Assembly: GCA_964019425.1 (NCBI GenBank)
Contig: OZ025793.1
Span: 806,001 to 870,000 of the forward strand
DNA: 64,000 bases
DNA from: Flectonema sp. DT1601
Lineage: Eukaryota
Direction of reading: 5' to 3'
Shown: positions 31,821 through 42,141 of the stretch, piece by piece
How the letters are laid out: each line of letters starts with the position of its first letter
How positions within the stretch are numbered: position 1 is the stretch's first letter
Translations under genes and position numbers: made by a program
The notes under the pieces: model-generated
The model's database searches: none
What the model saw: the letters and a program-made list of their open reading frames with translations, nothing else
Told to the model about the DNA's origin: nothing

Positions 31821-32531
31821 TGTTGAGTGTGTGTGTGTGGTAAGGTGTCGATTGGAAACTGTGATGAGAATAAACTAATCAAATGGAAGCTAACGATCTC
31901 CGGGTAGAATTAAAACGAATTATTTAGTCACAGATCTTCATACACATGACGTGCTTCTACCTACAGAAAAGAGAGAATATGGGATAATACCTGAGACTCA
32001 CCTGACAAAATCACTTTTATCTACCAGTTAAGGGATCACACATAGAGAGCAACACACACAAAGGAGGTGAAAAAAAGTCTGTTTTAGCCACCCCTCCATG
32101 ATAGTTACCAATAATATATAACAAAGAGAGAGGAAGAAAATTAATTTAAAACCCGTTGTTTGCAAACACCACGGCAACATGAGCAAACAAAAACGTATTG
32201 GATGTGTAACAACACGGTACTGACACACCCGAATATTGCAATAGAGAGAGACAGAGGGAGGGGAAATAGCGCTGAGGGTGGCAACAATAATTGCACCGCC
32301 TTCTGCAGCATGGGGAGTGTGGTGGGCCATTCGGCACCATAAGTTAACATAAATAAAGTGGAAGAAGCAAGCAAGAGTGAGAGGGAAAAGGAAAGTCAAA
32401 TTATTTTGTGGAAATCAGAACATGACTAAATGAAAGTACATGTACTTTATAAACATATTAACGAATGAAGGAGTTTCCTTTCTTTTTATAACGGACAGAA
32501 GCAAAGAAGGAATAAACAAACTGACACCCCA

Positions 32532-34361
32532 CTAGCACTGACAACCTTCACAGTCGCAACCATATGTGCCTTCAAGGACACTACATTGGTAACCACGTGA
32601 GACCCAATAGTCACAGCTGCGTCTTGAGCATCCCCTGCTGTTGCTACATCCTCCCGAAGAGGCAGGTGCCTGCGTCGATGGCGAAGAGGCAGGTGGCGAA
32701 GGAGCCGATGAGCAAGCATTGCATCCACTGCAATCACAACGACTTAAACTACCGCAACCATACCCTTTCTCATTCCAGTAGTCACAACTCCTTCCGTAAC
32801 AATTACTTGTGTCAACACATCCCTGTGCTGGAGTTGACGCCGCAGGTTGGGATGTCGGCGCCGGAGCACTTCCACAATTGGAACACCCCGTGCAATCACA
32901 ACGACTTAAACTGCTGCAACCGCACCCTCTTGAGAACCAGTAGTCGCAACTCTCTCCATAGCAACCGCTTTGATCAGCACATCCCGTAGGAGGGGTCGGC
33001 GGTGTTGGTGGAGACGTCGGGGCCGGCGGTGTTGGCGTTGTTGGCGGGGTCGGTGGTGTTGGTGGAGACGTCGGGGCCGGCGGTGTTGGCGTTGTTGGCG
33101 GGGTCGGTGTTCTTGGTGGAGATGTCGGGGTCGGAGGTGTTGGTGGAGATGGCGGGGTCGGTGTTGTTGGTGGAAACTCCTCTCCATCACAAGGAATGTT
33201 AAGCATCTTATTCGGTGCCCCACGAGGGTCAGAGATAAATCCATTTCCTGCATTACTCAACAACCAGTCTGTCACGTCCCCCGATGACGCCGTAGGGTTC
33301 TGTCCGAGGAATACGGCCATCGCTCCCGCAACGTGCGGAGATGACATGGAAGTGCCCGATAAAGTCGCAGTCGCCGAATCGTGTGATGCCCCAGCAGACA
33401 CGATGTTGGACCCAGGAGCGAAGATGTCGGTACAAGACCCAAAGTTGGAAAACGATGATCGAGAATCTCTAGAAGTCGTCGAAGCAACAGTCACCGCAGA
33501 AGGTGCCGAAGCAGGGCTCTTTGAGCAGGCGTCTCCGTTATCGTTACCAGCAGACACAGCGAAGCTGACCCCAGAGCGAATAGCTGCTTCGACAGCATCA
33601 TTCTCAGAGCGAGAACGGCTACCACCCAGAGACATGTTCACGAGTGACGGTCTACCGGTGCGACGAGCCTGCTCGACTACCCACTGAATCCCCCTAATGA
33701 TACCCGCTGTCGTACCTCGTCCATTATCTCCGAGTACCTTAACTGCGATGACGTTCGCCCGCTTCGCCACTCCGTACGTCTTCCCAGCCACAGTCCCAGC
33801 AACGTGGGTTCCATGGCCTTGGCGGTCTGAATTCGATGAACCACTCACAAAGTTTTCTCCCCAGGTGCACCTTTCCCCATCAAATTCGTCGTGCGAGCAG
33901 CGAATCCCCGTGTCCAGTATGTACGCATCAACTCCCTCGCCCCACCTCGCGTTGTGTGAGAACGTTGACCCAACATCGCTCGCACGCTCAACAGTTACTC
34001 GCTTCTGTCCCCACGAAACGGGTGAACGCTGGCTGTTTGGACACGTTTCCTGAGTAATGCGAGCGATCTGAACAGGCTCATAGTACTCTACAATACCTTT
34101 GTCACCCTTCGCAATCTCACTATCAGCCCATGCCTTCAATGAGTCGTCGAGTTCTGATTCAACCGCTTCAAAGGTCTCTCCGATTTGGCACAGCCGACCT
34201 CCTTGCTGTGAGGACATAATTTTGTCATTCGCTGCACTTCTTTTGATACCGTTTCGGTACTTTACGATGTACTTGCCCTGAACGATATCTCCATCTGCTT
34301 GAACTCCCTGAGAGTTCGCTAATGAAAGGACGTATCCAACTAGAAATATCGAAGTCTTCAT
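32532..34361 (-). CDS. Secreted subtilisin subtype B, 609 aa
   Basis: Subtype B with one fewer 18-aa linker unit than 23025-24908. Confidence 0.95.
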   Translation of the reverse strand: MKTSIFLVGYVLSLANSQGVQADGDIVQGKYIVKYRNGIKRSAANDKIMSSQQGGRLCQIGETFEAVESELDDSLKAWADSEIAKGDKGIVEYYEPVQIARITQETCPNSQRSPVSWGQKRVTVERASDVGSTFSHNARWGEGVDAYILDTGIRCSHDEFDGERCTWGENFVSGSSNSDRQGHGTHVAGTVAGKTYGVAKRANVIAVKVLGDNGRGTTAGIIRGIQWVVEQARRTGRPSLVNMSLGGSRSRSENDAVEAAIRSGVSFAVSAGNDNGDACSKSPASAPSAVTVASTTSRDSRSSFSNFGSCTDIFAPGSNIVSAGASHDSATATLSGTSMSSPHVAGAMAVFLGQNPTASSGDVTDWLLSNAGNGFISDPRGAPNKMLNIPCDGEEFPPTTPTPPSPPTPPTPTSPPRTPTPPTTPTPPAPTSPPTPPTPPTTPTPPAPTSPPTPPTPPTGCADQSGCYGESCDYWFSRGCGCSSLSRCDCTGCSNCGSAPAPTSQPAASTPAQGCVDTSNCYGRSCDYWNEKGYGCGSLSRCDCSGCNACSSAPSPPASSPSTQAPASSGGCSNSRGCSRRSCDYWVSRGYQCSVLEGTYGCDCEGCQC

Positions 34362-34444
34362 TTTGAATTCGGGAAACTGAATTATTTAAATATATTAACA
34401 AAATTACATTCGAAAGGAAACACGCAACTCACGCAACCTTTTCC

Positions 34445-34892
34445 ATGTAGCAACAGTAACCACAACACATTGGCAGCGTGTAACGGGAGTTTCGGTTTTG
34501 GTTGAAACTGCAGTGGAAGCAAAGGTGAGCAAATACGAAAAGATGAACTCCTCCGACTACAATAAAACAGCGTCGTATAAACAATTCGATTATCGATACA
34601 ACGAACACGGTTAAGATTTACTGAATGTTGTTAATAATTTACTAAAAAATATATAAAATACTACTTCGCCGACTTTACGGCGCAATGCTACAAGAATACG
34701 AAAAGCTTACAAACAAAACAGAGAACAGTTATGTACCCCCAGAGTTTAAAATTTAGAGTTCTCTTTAGAATTGATCAATCTCAGCTGATGACTGAGGAGG
34801 GTGGTTGTGGTGTCCTATTTGATAGATCTATTTGACTTCTCTTGCATGCAACGTTGAACGTCTTTGAGTAAGTGAATGCGTTGCTTATTTCA
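34445..34892. repeat. Duplicated 3' end and downstream flank of the 420-aa gene
   Basis: 34504-34685 matches 35568-35749. About 34720-34892 is a decayed, deleted copy of about 35855-36060. Confidence 0.85.
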
Positions 34893-35041
34893 CGACGGTA
34901 TTAACCCTTCACACTCTGCTGCCAGCCCCCTTAAAAAACAAAAAGGGGGAAAAAAAGACGAAAAGGGAAAAAAAAATGATTTTTTGATAATAAAACAAAA
35001 GGGGGAGGGTCTGCAAAGGGTTTTCCTGCTAAACAAGTTGC

Positions 35042-35422
35042 TTAGATGAGGATTCTCTCGATGTCTCTCTTCAGGGAGTCGAGCTTTCCACGAAGCTGGT
35101 CTCCCTCAGAGGAGATGATAGAGACAGCGATGACGTTACGGGAAACACCAGCGGCTCTTCCCAAAGCCAACTTCGAAGGGACGAAGATGTATGGAACGTT
35201 CTTGTCCTCACACAACATTGGCAAGTGAAGCAAGATTTCAATTGGGTTACAGTCACCAGCTAAGATGATTAGCTCAGCGATACCTCTGTTAAGAGTCTTG
35301 GTGGCCTCGTTAGCTCCCTTCTTCAACTGCTGGAAGTTCTGCGCGTCCTGAACCAAATCGTGGATGGTTCTGGAGAGGGCCTCGTCGGCGAGAGGGAAGA
35401 CCTTTGAGTCAGAGTCAGTCAT
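35042..35422 (-). CDS. SNU13: Snu13/15.5K (L7Ae family; U4 snRNP and box C/D snoRNP protein)
   Basis: Motifs [52 protein letters not shown] and IERILI. Confidence 0.96.
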   Translation of the reverse strand: MTDSDSKVFPLADEALSRTIHDLVQDAQNFQQLKKGANEATKTLNRGIAELIILAGDCNPIEILLHLPMLCEDKNVPYIFVPSKLALGRAAGVSRNVIAVSIISSEGDQLRGKLDSLKRDIERILI

Positions 35423-35862
35423 CTTATGTTGCGGTTACTGAATGGCTGGGGAATAGTAATTATTATTTATAAAACATCAACAAAACCAAACATACACATC
35501 ACCGTACAGTAACAGTACCACAACACACACACGGCAGACAGCATGTTAAGGAGATTTGGTTTTGGCTGAAACTGCAGTGGAAGCAAAGGTGAGCAAATAC
35601 GAAAAGATGAACTCCTCCGACTACAATAAAACAGCGTCGTATAAACAATTCGATTATCGATACAACGAACACGGTTAAGATTTACTGAATGTTGTTAATA
35701 ATTTACTAAAAAATATATAAAATACTACTTCGCCGACTTTACGGCGCAAGGTTACAAGATAAGGTTACAAATATCATATGAACTCAATAAAAAAAATATC
35801 TCAACAAACAGACGAAATAATATTAATGTAATCTGTACAAACAACACACACATAGAGAACAG

Positions 35863-37125
35863 TTATGTACCCCCAGAATTTAATGTTTCGAGTCCTCTTA
35901 AGAATTGATCAATCTCAGCTGTGACTGAGGAGGGTGGTTGTGGTGTCGAACTTGGTGAAGGACGTGATGGAGTTGGGTACACTACTCCAGTTCTGTTTGA
36001 GGTTTCTCGAATATGAGAAGTTGAACTCTTCGAGGGAGTGAATGCGTTGCTTATATCACGAGAAGGAGTACTGTAGATCTCCCTCGTTGACTGTGACGGT
36101 GATATGATCGCAGAGTCAAGTGATTGATCCTTTAGAAGACGCAGACCTGACAACAGTCTGCGACTCAACGTCTTTACATCCCCGTTTAGTTTATCCGTCA
36201 CAGCCCGACAGTCAGATGCATTTAAATTAATATCATCATTGAGCTTATTAACATCGTGTTCTATTGTACTGTAAATTGATTTTGTTTTTACATCAACAGA
36301 TTCCTGAATACCTGAAATAAACGTCATAATTGTTGAATGATAGTGTTTTAGTAAAGCCGTGTAACGTACGTCAAATGCACCAAGTCTCGAATCGATTTCA
36401 CCTTCAAATGTAGTTGAGGATTGTCTGCTTAGCTCCATAAATTCGTCGTTGTATTTCTTCAGAAGAGTGATGTCTCTTTGGATTTGTGTTGTTTCGTCAT
36501 TTTGTTTTTTCATATTAGATATTTCATTTTGAACATGCTGATGATTTTCTTCAGTCTGTCTCTGTTGACTAATAATTTTATCTAATTTTGAATGAACAGA
36601 CGAAAGTTCTTCTGACAGCATTCCAACGTTCTTCTCCAGAATGTCAATCCGAGAAGTCGTATCAGTCTGTGATAAGATGCGCTCAATATTATTAACTTTC
36701 GATTCTTGTTGTTCTGCAGCTGACTTTAATCTTTGTGTCAAAACAGTTAAATCTTGATAGGAGTTACTTTGTTTTGAAACTTTAATAGAAAGATCTGACA
36801 GCAGCTGTTCACTTTCAGCTTTTGATTCCCGATGGTCTTCATCAATGGCTGTCAGAGTTTCGGTGAACTGTAATATTTTATTTTCAACAGATCTAAAAAT
36901 AGCATCGAACTGATCCTGTCTGTCCAATTCATTCATTTTTTCAGTCTTCATCAACAACGTTGCTGCCGTGTGTTGAACGCTATCGCCTTCGATATGGATC
37001 TCACGGTGATCGTCTCCTCGATATTTTACTGTCGTAGCTTCCTGAAGTGATTTAAGATCATTTCTAATAGCGTTCATCGCATCACTGACTCTGTCGGATT
37101 TTCTTCGAATGCCTTGTGAATGCAT
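35863..37125 (-). CDS. Hypothetical coiled-coil protein, 420 aa
   Basis: Long ORF with heptad-like E/Q/K/L-rich helices and a Ser/Pro-rich tail. Confidence 0.8.
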   Translation of the reverse strand: MHSQGIRRKSDRVSDAMNAIRNDLKSLQEATTVKYRGDDHREIHIEGDSVQHTAATLLMKTEKMNELDRQDQFDAIFRSVENKILQFTETLTAIDEDHRESKAESEQLLSDLSIKVSKQSNSYQDLTVLTQRLKSAAEQQESKVNNIERILSQTDTTSRIDILEKNVGMLSEELSSVHSKLDKIISQQRQTEENHQHVQNEISNMKKQNDETTQIQRDITLLKKYNDEFMELSRQSSTTFEGEIDSRLGAFDVRYTALLKHYHSTIMTFISGIQESVDVKTKSIYSTIEHDVNKLNDDINLNASDCRAVTDKLNGDVKTLSRRLLSGLRLLKDQSLDSAIISPSQSTREIYSTPSRDISNAFTPSKSSTSHIRETSNRTGVVYPTPSRPSPSSTPQPPSSVTAEIDQFLRGLETLNSGGT

Positions 37126-37797
37126 CTTATTGTATCACAAGGTGGTACTAATCTGATAAAATATAATTAGGTTAACTTTCTGTTGATTATATGATGTGAT
37201 GTTTTTTTTTTTTTCGGAAAACTGTTAAAAATGATAACTACAATTACTCACAAAATTACAGAACACATCAGTTTAAGACCGAAATAATTCTACAAAAAAA
37301 AAGAAAAAATAAAAAGAAAAAAGAAAAAAAAAACTCACTTGAGAAAATAATAAACCGAGGGGAGTAGGGAAAAGGGTTTTTTAATTTGTTTCTTTTCTTA
37401 AATCTAAGGAGCGGAGGGGGGATAGCAAAATGGGGAATTGACAACAAAAAGGCATCCCCCTCACCCAAAAAAAAAAAAAAACTTTTTCTATTTTTTTTAT
37501 TTTTCTTCCTACCATTCTATGCAAACTTCATTGAGAGAAAAAAAATTCACAACTGGTTAGAAGAAAAAAAAAGATATTTCTATTTTAAAGAGACGTATAA
37601 AAAAAAAAAAACGAGGAAAAAGAAGAAGAGAAAAAAAAAAAAAAAAGGGGTTTCTTATTGCAAAAATCAACAAGAAAAAGGTTACAAAAAAAAAAAAAAA
37701 AAAGAAGAAGAAGAAGAAGCTTATTAAAGCTGCCTTGCTTTTAACACCTTATTTTTCAATATAATTTAACCAGACACTACTAACGAACAAAATGCGA

Positions 37798-39756
37798 TTA
37801 ACGTATTTTAGATTGTTGTAACCGTTCTTCTATACGCGCTTGTAGGTCCATCACTTGATCCCTGCGGACTGATGAATTAGCAGTCGACTCCTTCTCAGAT
37901 ATGTCATCCTTTATCATATTTGATGGAAATTCTACCGTAGAACGACGAGGCATAATTCTTCTTGAAGCATTTCCATCAGCTCCAAAACGAGATCGATACC
38001 CTCCATCAGTTGGTGGTAGTGAGTACTGCGATGATTTCGGAGGTGCATATATCGGAGCTTCAACATCCGGATGACCAAACTGAAGATCAATTTTACCATT
38101 TAGTGACGATGATGTAGTTGACAAGGCGCCGACATCTTCAGTAGTTTCATTACTGACTGCCCTCGGAAGGTGTCTTTCTTTATTTGATAACAATCCCTGC
38201 GGAGTAATAACAATTGGTAATGATTTAGTATCAGAGGCCCCTCCTTCAGTAGTTTGTACCTCAACCTCATCTTTGTGAAGATGATCTAAACTACACAAGT
38301 TGTAAGCAGCGCCATCATCAACAGAAGCGAAGTCAAGTTGGACAGGTTGCATGTTAGTGTTAGTCAGAGAGTAGTTGCCTTCTAACTTTAATCTTTTTAG
38401 CATCGCAGTCATTGCCTTGTCAGGATTTGAGTGTTGTACAACAGTAACTTGAATACTGTTGTTGTGTTCAGAATCTCTGATGGTTATTTGTTTTGCTTCA
38501 AAAAACGGTTCAGTTCGTGGCGGAGTTCTAATTGCCCTGGAAGGAGATAGCGACCTTGAGGCTGTTCTTCTTAACAGAGTTGGAGATACATCATTAGGCC
38601 ATACCATGTCACTGTAGCCATAGGCATTTCCAAACCTCTCTGTTTGATGTATTCTAATTCGATAATGGATGTTCGTAGGATGATCTCCTTTTGTAACTTC
38701 TAAGATAGAACAGCTAACCCACTCCGGAGGTGTTTGTTTTAACTGAACTTCCACCTGTTCACCCACATCATAAGCTTGGATGATATCCAACATCTCTATT
38801 GGAATCCAAGACTCACCAATCATAACTTGCCATGTTGATGGATCAGTTAGTTGATCAGGATACCTCCCACAGTGAGGAACTGATTGAGCAATCTTTTCAC
38901 TATTTAATGAAATAATCCAAGCAGCACTGTGAGTTGATGACAGAACACGTCCATCATTCGTACTCCAAACAGGATAACCACATTCAATATCACCTGGACA
39001 TATTCTATAAGTACCATCAACACTACTATGACCTGATAATAATATCGTACAGGGTGCTGTATTTCTAAATGGTGTTTGTGGAGATGTCGGGATTCCTGCA
39101 GCAGCTCTAAAATCGAATGTTTCTCTTGTGAGACCGCTGAATACCTTCTCCTTACAGAACTGTAAGAACATCGGAACGACTACAGCGACAACCATCATTG
39201 CTATGCCTAGACCTAATAAGTATCCTTGGTCTCGCTTAGTGCAGACTCCTCTTACTAATTGACTTACGCTAACGTATGTGTCAGCACAGCAACCAGAACC
39301 GTTGTTGCAGATTCGAGTTAGAGAATTGAAATTTACTTCGCAAGTGCCATCACAGACGAAGTCGTCTTCGTCTCCACGAAGTCTCCAAGCGACAATTACA
39401 GCGAGTCCTACCAAACCAACAACACAACAAAGAGCGACCATTGCTGCTAATGCCCTCGCAGGTACCTTCGACCTGTCCGTATAAATTTCCTCCAACTCTT
39501 TTTGAGTATATTTTTTTCTTTGAATGCTCTCATTATGACTTCCAACCGTATTATTATTAGCGTTGAGCGAGTCTCCGAAATACATTGCCGGAGGTAAGCT
39601 TTCTCCTGTCATAGCCCTCGGCTGATACGATTCGGCAATCACGCTAATTGTAGACGTATCTTGATAAACTGGCACAGGATGTGTTTCCACCATCTCTATA
39701 ATATTGTTAGTGTTGTTGTTCAGTACATTACTTTGAAAGGTTACATTGTGCGACAT
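37798..39756 (-). CDS. Hypothetical membrane protein, 652 aa: two TM helices around a Cys-rich loop
   Basis: Hydrophobic segments ALAAMVALCCVVGLVGLAVIVAW and YLLGLGIAMMVVAVVVPMFL with six Cys between them. Then a GTY..G.PVW..HCGRYP module, an SH3/Tudor-like stretch (YDVGEQVEVQ..W) and a disordered tail. Confidence 0.8.
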   Translation of the reverse strand: MSHNVTFQSNVLNNNTNNIIEMVETHPVPVYQDTSTISVIAESYQPRAMTGESLPPAMYFGDSLNANNNTVGSHNESIQRKKYTQKELEEIYTDRSKVPARALAAMVALCCVVGLVGLAVIVAWRLRGDEDDFVCDGTCEVNFNSLTRICNNGSGCCADTYVSVSQLVRGVCTKRDQGYLLGLGIAMMVVAVVVPMFLQFCKEKVFSGLTRETFDFRAAAGIPTSPQTPFRNTAPCTILLSGHSSVDGTYRICPGDIECGYPVWSTNDGRVLSSTHSAAWIISLNSEKIAQSVPHCGRYPDQLTDPSTWQVMIGESWIPIEMLDIIQAYDVGEQVEVQLKQTPPEWVSCSILEVTKGDHPTNIHYRIRIHQTERFGNAYGYSDMVWPNDVSPTLLRRTASRSLSPSRAIRTPPRTEPFFEAKQITIRDSEHNNSIQVTVVQHSNPDKAMTAMLKRLKLEGNYSLTNTNMQPVQLDFASVDDGAAYNLCSLDHLHKDEVEVQTTEGGASDTKSLPIVITPQGLLSNKERHLPRAVSNETTEDVGALSTTSSSLNGKIDLQFGHPDVEAPIYAPPKSSQYSLPPTDGGYRSRFGADGNASRRIMPRRSTVEFPSNMIKDDISEKESTANSSVRRDQVMDLQARIEERLQQSKIR

Positions 39757-40709
39757 TATTTTGTTATTGTTATTGTAAGGTACTTTTGTTGAGGAAGAAT
39801 TGTAGCAAAACTACTTAAATTAGAATTTTTCAACAAAAAAAAAAAAAAAAGAATAATAAAATTAATAATAATAAAAATACAAACCAACTCTAACTCGCAG
39901 TTAGAATATGAGTTTGTTAGAACAGAAAAAAATTTTCTCCAACCCCAACTCCAACTCCAACTCCGACTCAGTCAGTTAGTCCAACAGGACACGCCGAGTA
40001 GATTCCCAAAGAGCAGCTGGGATAAGTTCTTCACAATACTACAACAGTACGTTGAACCTAATCCCGAGAGGAATATTTTATTTAGTTTCGACGCGGAAAG
40101 TACTAAATCAAGATTCATGAAGTGGGGTTGGGAGCATGACAAAAAAAAAAAAAAAAAAAAAAAATCTATTTTTCTTTGAAGGGGAAGTGATTGTACAAAA
40201 AAATGGGAGTTGTTTATTTTCATCACCTCAAAGTGTGAGTGCTGATGATAGAATTCTAAGGGTCATGAAGTGGTTTTTTCAAATGTTTAGTTTTTTTTTT
40301 TTTTTTTTTTGCGCGCAACCGGGACAAAATCCTAATAAAGGAATATAGGTTGGTTACGCTGCCACAATTCTCTTTCTACCGAACAATGGGTTTGCAGGTA
40401 CAAAAAAAAAAAAAAAAAAAAAAAAAGTAAAATCATTCGACACCAAAATTTAAAAAAAAAAAAATATCTTCAAACCCAATACCTCTTCAACAAAGTAAGC
40501 ATTAGTTGTAGTTGTTAGGGTCTTGGAATAATTTTTCAAAAAAAAAAATTTAAGTTTTACACAGTAAGAAACAAAAGTATACAGGTCTAATGACAAGGAA
40601 AGGCAAGCAAGTGTTGTTATATCAGTAGAAGCTGAGGCAAGGGGCAACCCAACAAGAAACATTAGTAGAGTTCTCTACGAAATTGTTACAAAAATAAAAA
40701 ATAATTAAA

Positions 40710-41300
40710 TTAAATTAGAATAGTGCTGGTGCTGGTTATTGGGTTTCTGATTGTAGCGCAGGCTGAGGATGATCTGCGAGGCATCAAACATTTTTGAACA
40801 GGAGCAGCAGTGTTTGCACACCTGAAATCAAGACCCCTCCTTGAGAATGGTTTTTCACGCTTTTCAGGAAAACCATTAGAAAGTAATTTTTCATGAAAAG
40901 TGTTACGCTGCATCCGACCAGTTGCAATGTTTTCCTTACCATGTCCGTAGTCAGTCAATTGAGCAAGATTACAGTCGTTCGTTATTTCATTGAAGTGTTT
41001 GCGTCTCTGTAATGGCTCTGCTGCATCGTTAGTGAGTTGCTTTTTCGGTTTATTTAAAACATCGTCGTTTATAGTTGCCTTGTAGGCATTAATACGAGTA
41101 CTACATGAACCTCTCTTTACTATTCTGTTGTTACTCAGCGAGTTACTTCTAACAAACTTTCTACGTCTGACGTCGATGTTTGGAACATTATTTTCTTGAC
41201 TGAGTGCTGCTGTCTGAGCTCTCATCCCGCTGATGTGTTTCTTCTTTCCTACAGTTGCCAATACATTTGTGTTATCTCTACCTGCTCCTCTGAGTGTCAT
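40710..41300 (-). CDS. Hypothetical basic protein, 196 aa
   Basis: ATG-initiated ORF on the cluster strand, between A/T-tract spacers. No recognised domain. Confidence 0.6.
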   Translation of the reverse strand: MTLRGAGRDNTNVLATVGKKKHISGMRAQTAALSQENNVPNIDVRRRKFVRSNSLSNNRIVKRGSCSTRINAYKATINDDVLNKPKKQLTNDAAEPLQRRKHFNEITNDCNLAQLTDYGHGKENIATGRMQRNTFHEKLLSNGFPEKREKPFSRRGLDFRCANTAAPVQKCLMPRRSSSACATIRNPITSTSTILI

Positions 41301-42141
41301 TTTTTTTTCTTTCTTTTTTTTAAATATACCTGATAGCGAGTTAGTTGTTGATCACAATGATTAAAACAAAGAAAAGGTAAATAATCTGGTTGATATCTTC
41401 CGGCTGAATGTTCTGTATTGAAGGGGATGAAACTTTGACAATGTAAAAACAGTAACAACTTTAGGTATTAAAGAAAACAAAATTAATATCAAGTACTTGA
41501 CTGAAAAACATTTGTAGTTGTTAATCAAAGAAAATTACCTTTAGAAAAAAGGGAAATAAAAAGAAAAATATATAAAGAGATAACTATATTTTTTGTCTTA
41601 TTGACCAGAAAACGTTGTCGAATCTGGTAATTCGGGGACCACGTACTAACAGGTTGAGCGTCCCATGCCCTGTAATCCGTTACAACTTACACTTAACCTG
41701 TAATGAAGGGGGAAAAAAATGATGAAATGTGGTGTTCACCCAACGCTTATATCATATTTTCGTAGTACTTAACTAAACAAAAACTATTTATTCCTCAATG
41801 TTGATTTCTGTTTTTATTTAAAAAAAAGAAAAAATGGGGAGAAGAAAAAAAAAGATGGGGAAGAAGAAAAAACACACTTGCATATTCAAGCTCAGATGAA
41901 TGAAACAAAAAAAAAAAAAAAAAAAAAAAGGGTACTGAATTATTATTTAACCCCCACGCACTGCACAAACAAGGGACACGCATCACTTAGTGTCACTCTC
42001 AGCTATTTACTCTGAGCTGAAAGTAATAATAATAAAAAAGACGAATAATCTAATTAAACGTGTGGTCAAAAATAATTTTTTTAAAAAAAAAATCTGTTAT
42101 GTCTCAAAAAATATTTTTAACAAAAAAAAAAAAAATTTTTT

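Noticed and set aside
37268..37727. Lys- or Phe-rich short ORFs here and at 39972, 56089, 60662 and 63094
   Set aside because: Translations of intergenic poly-A and poly-T tracts.
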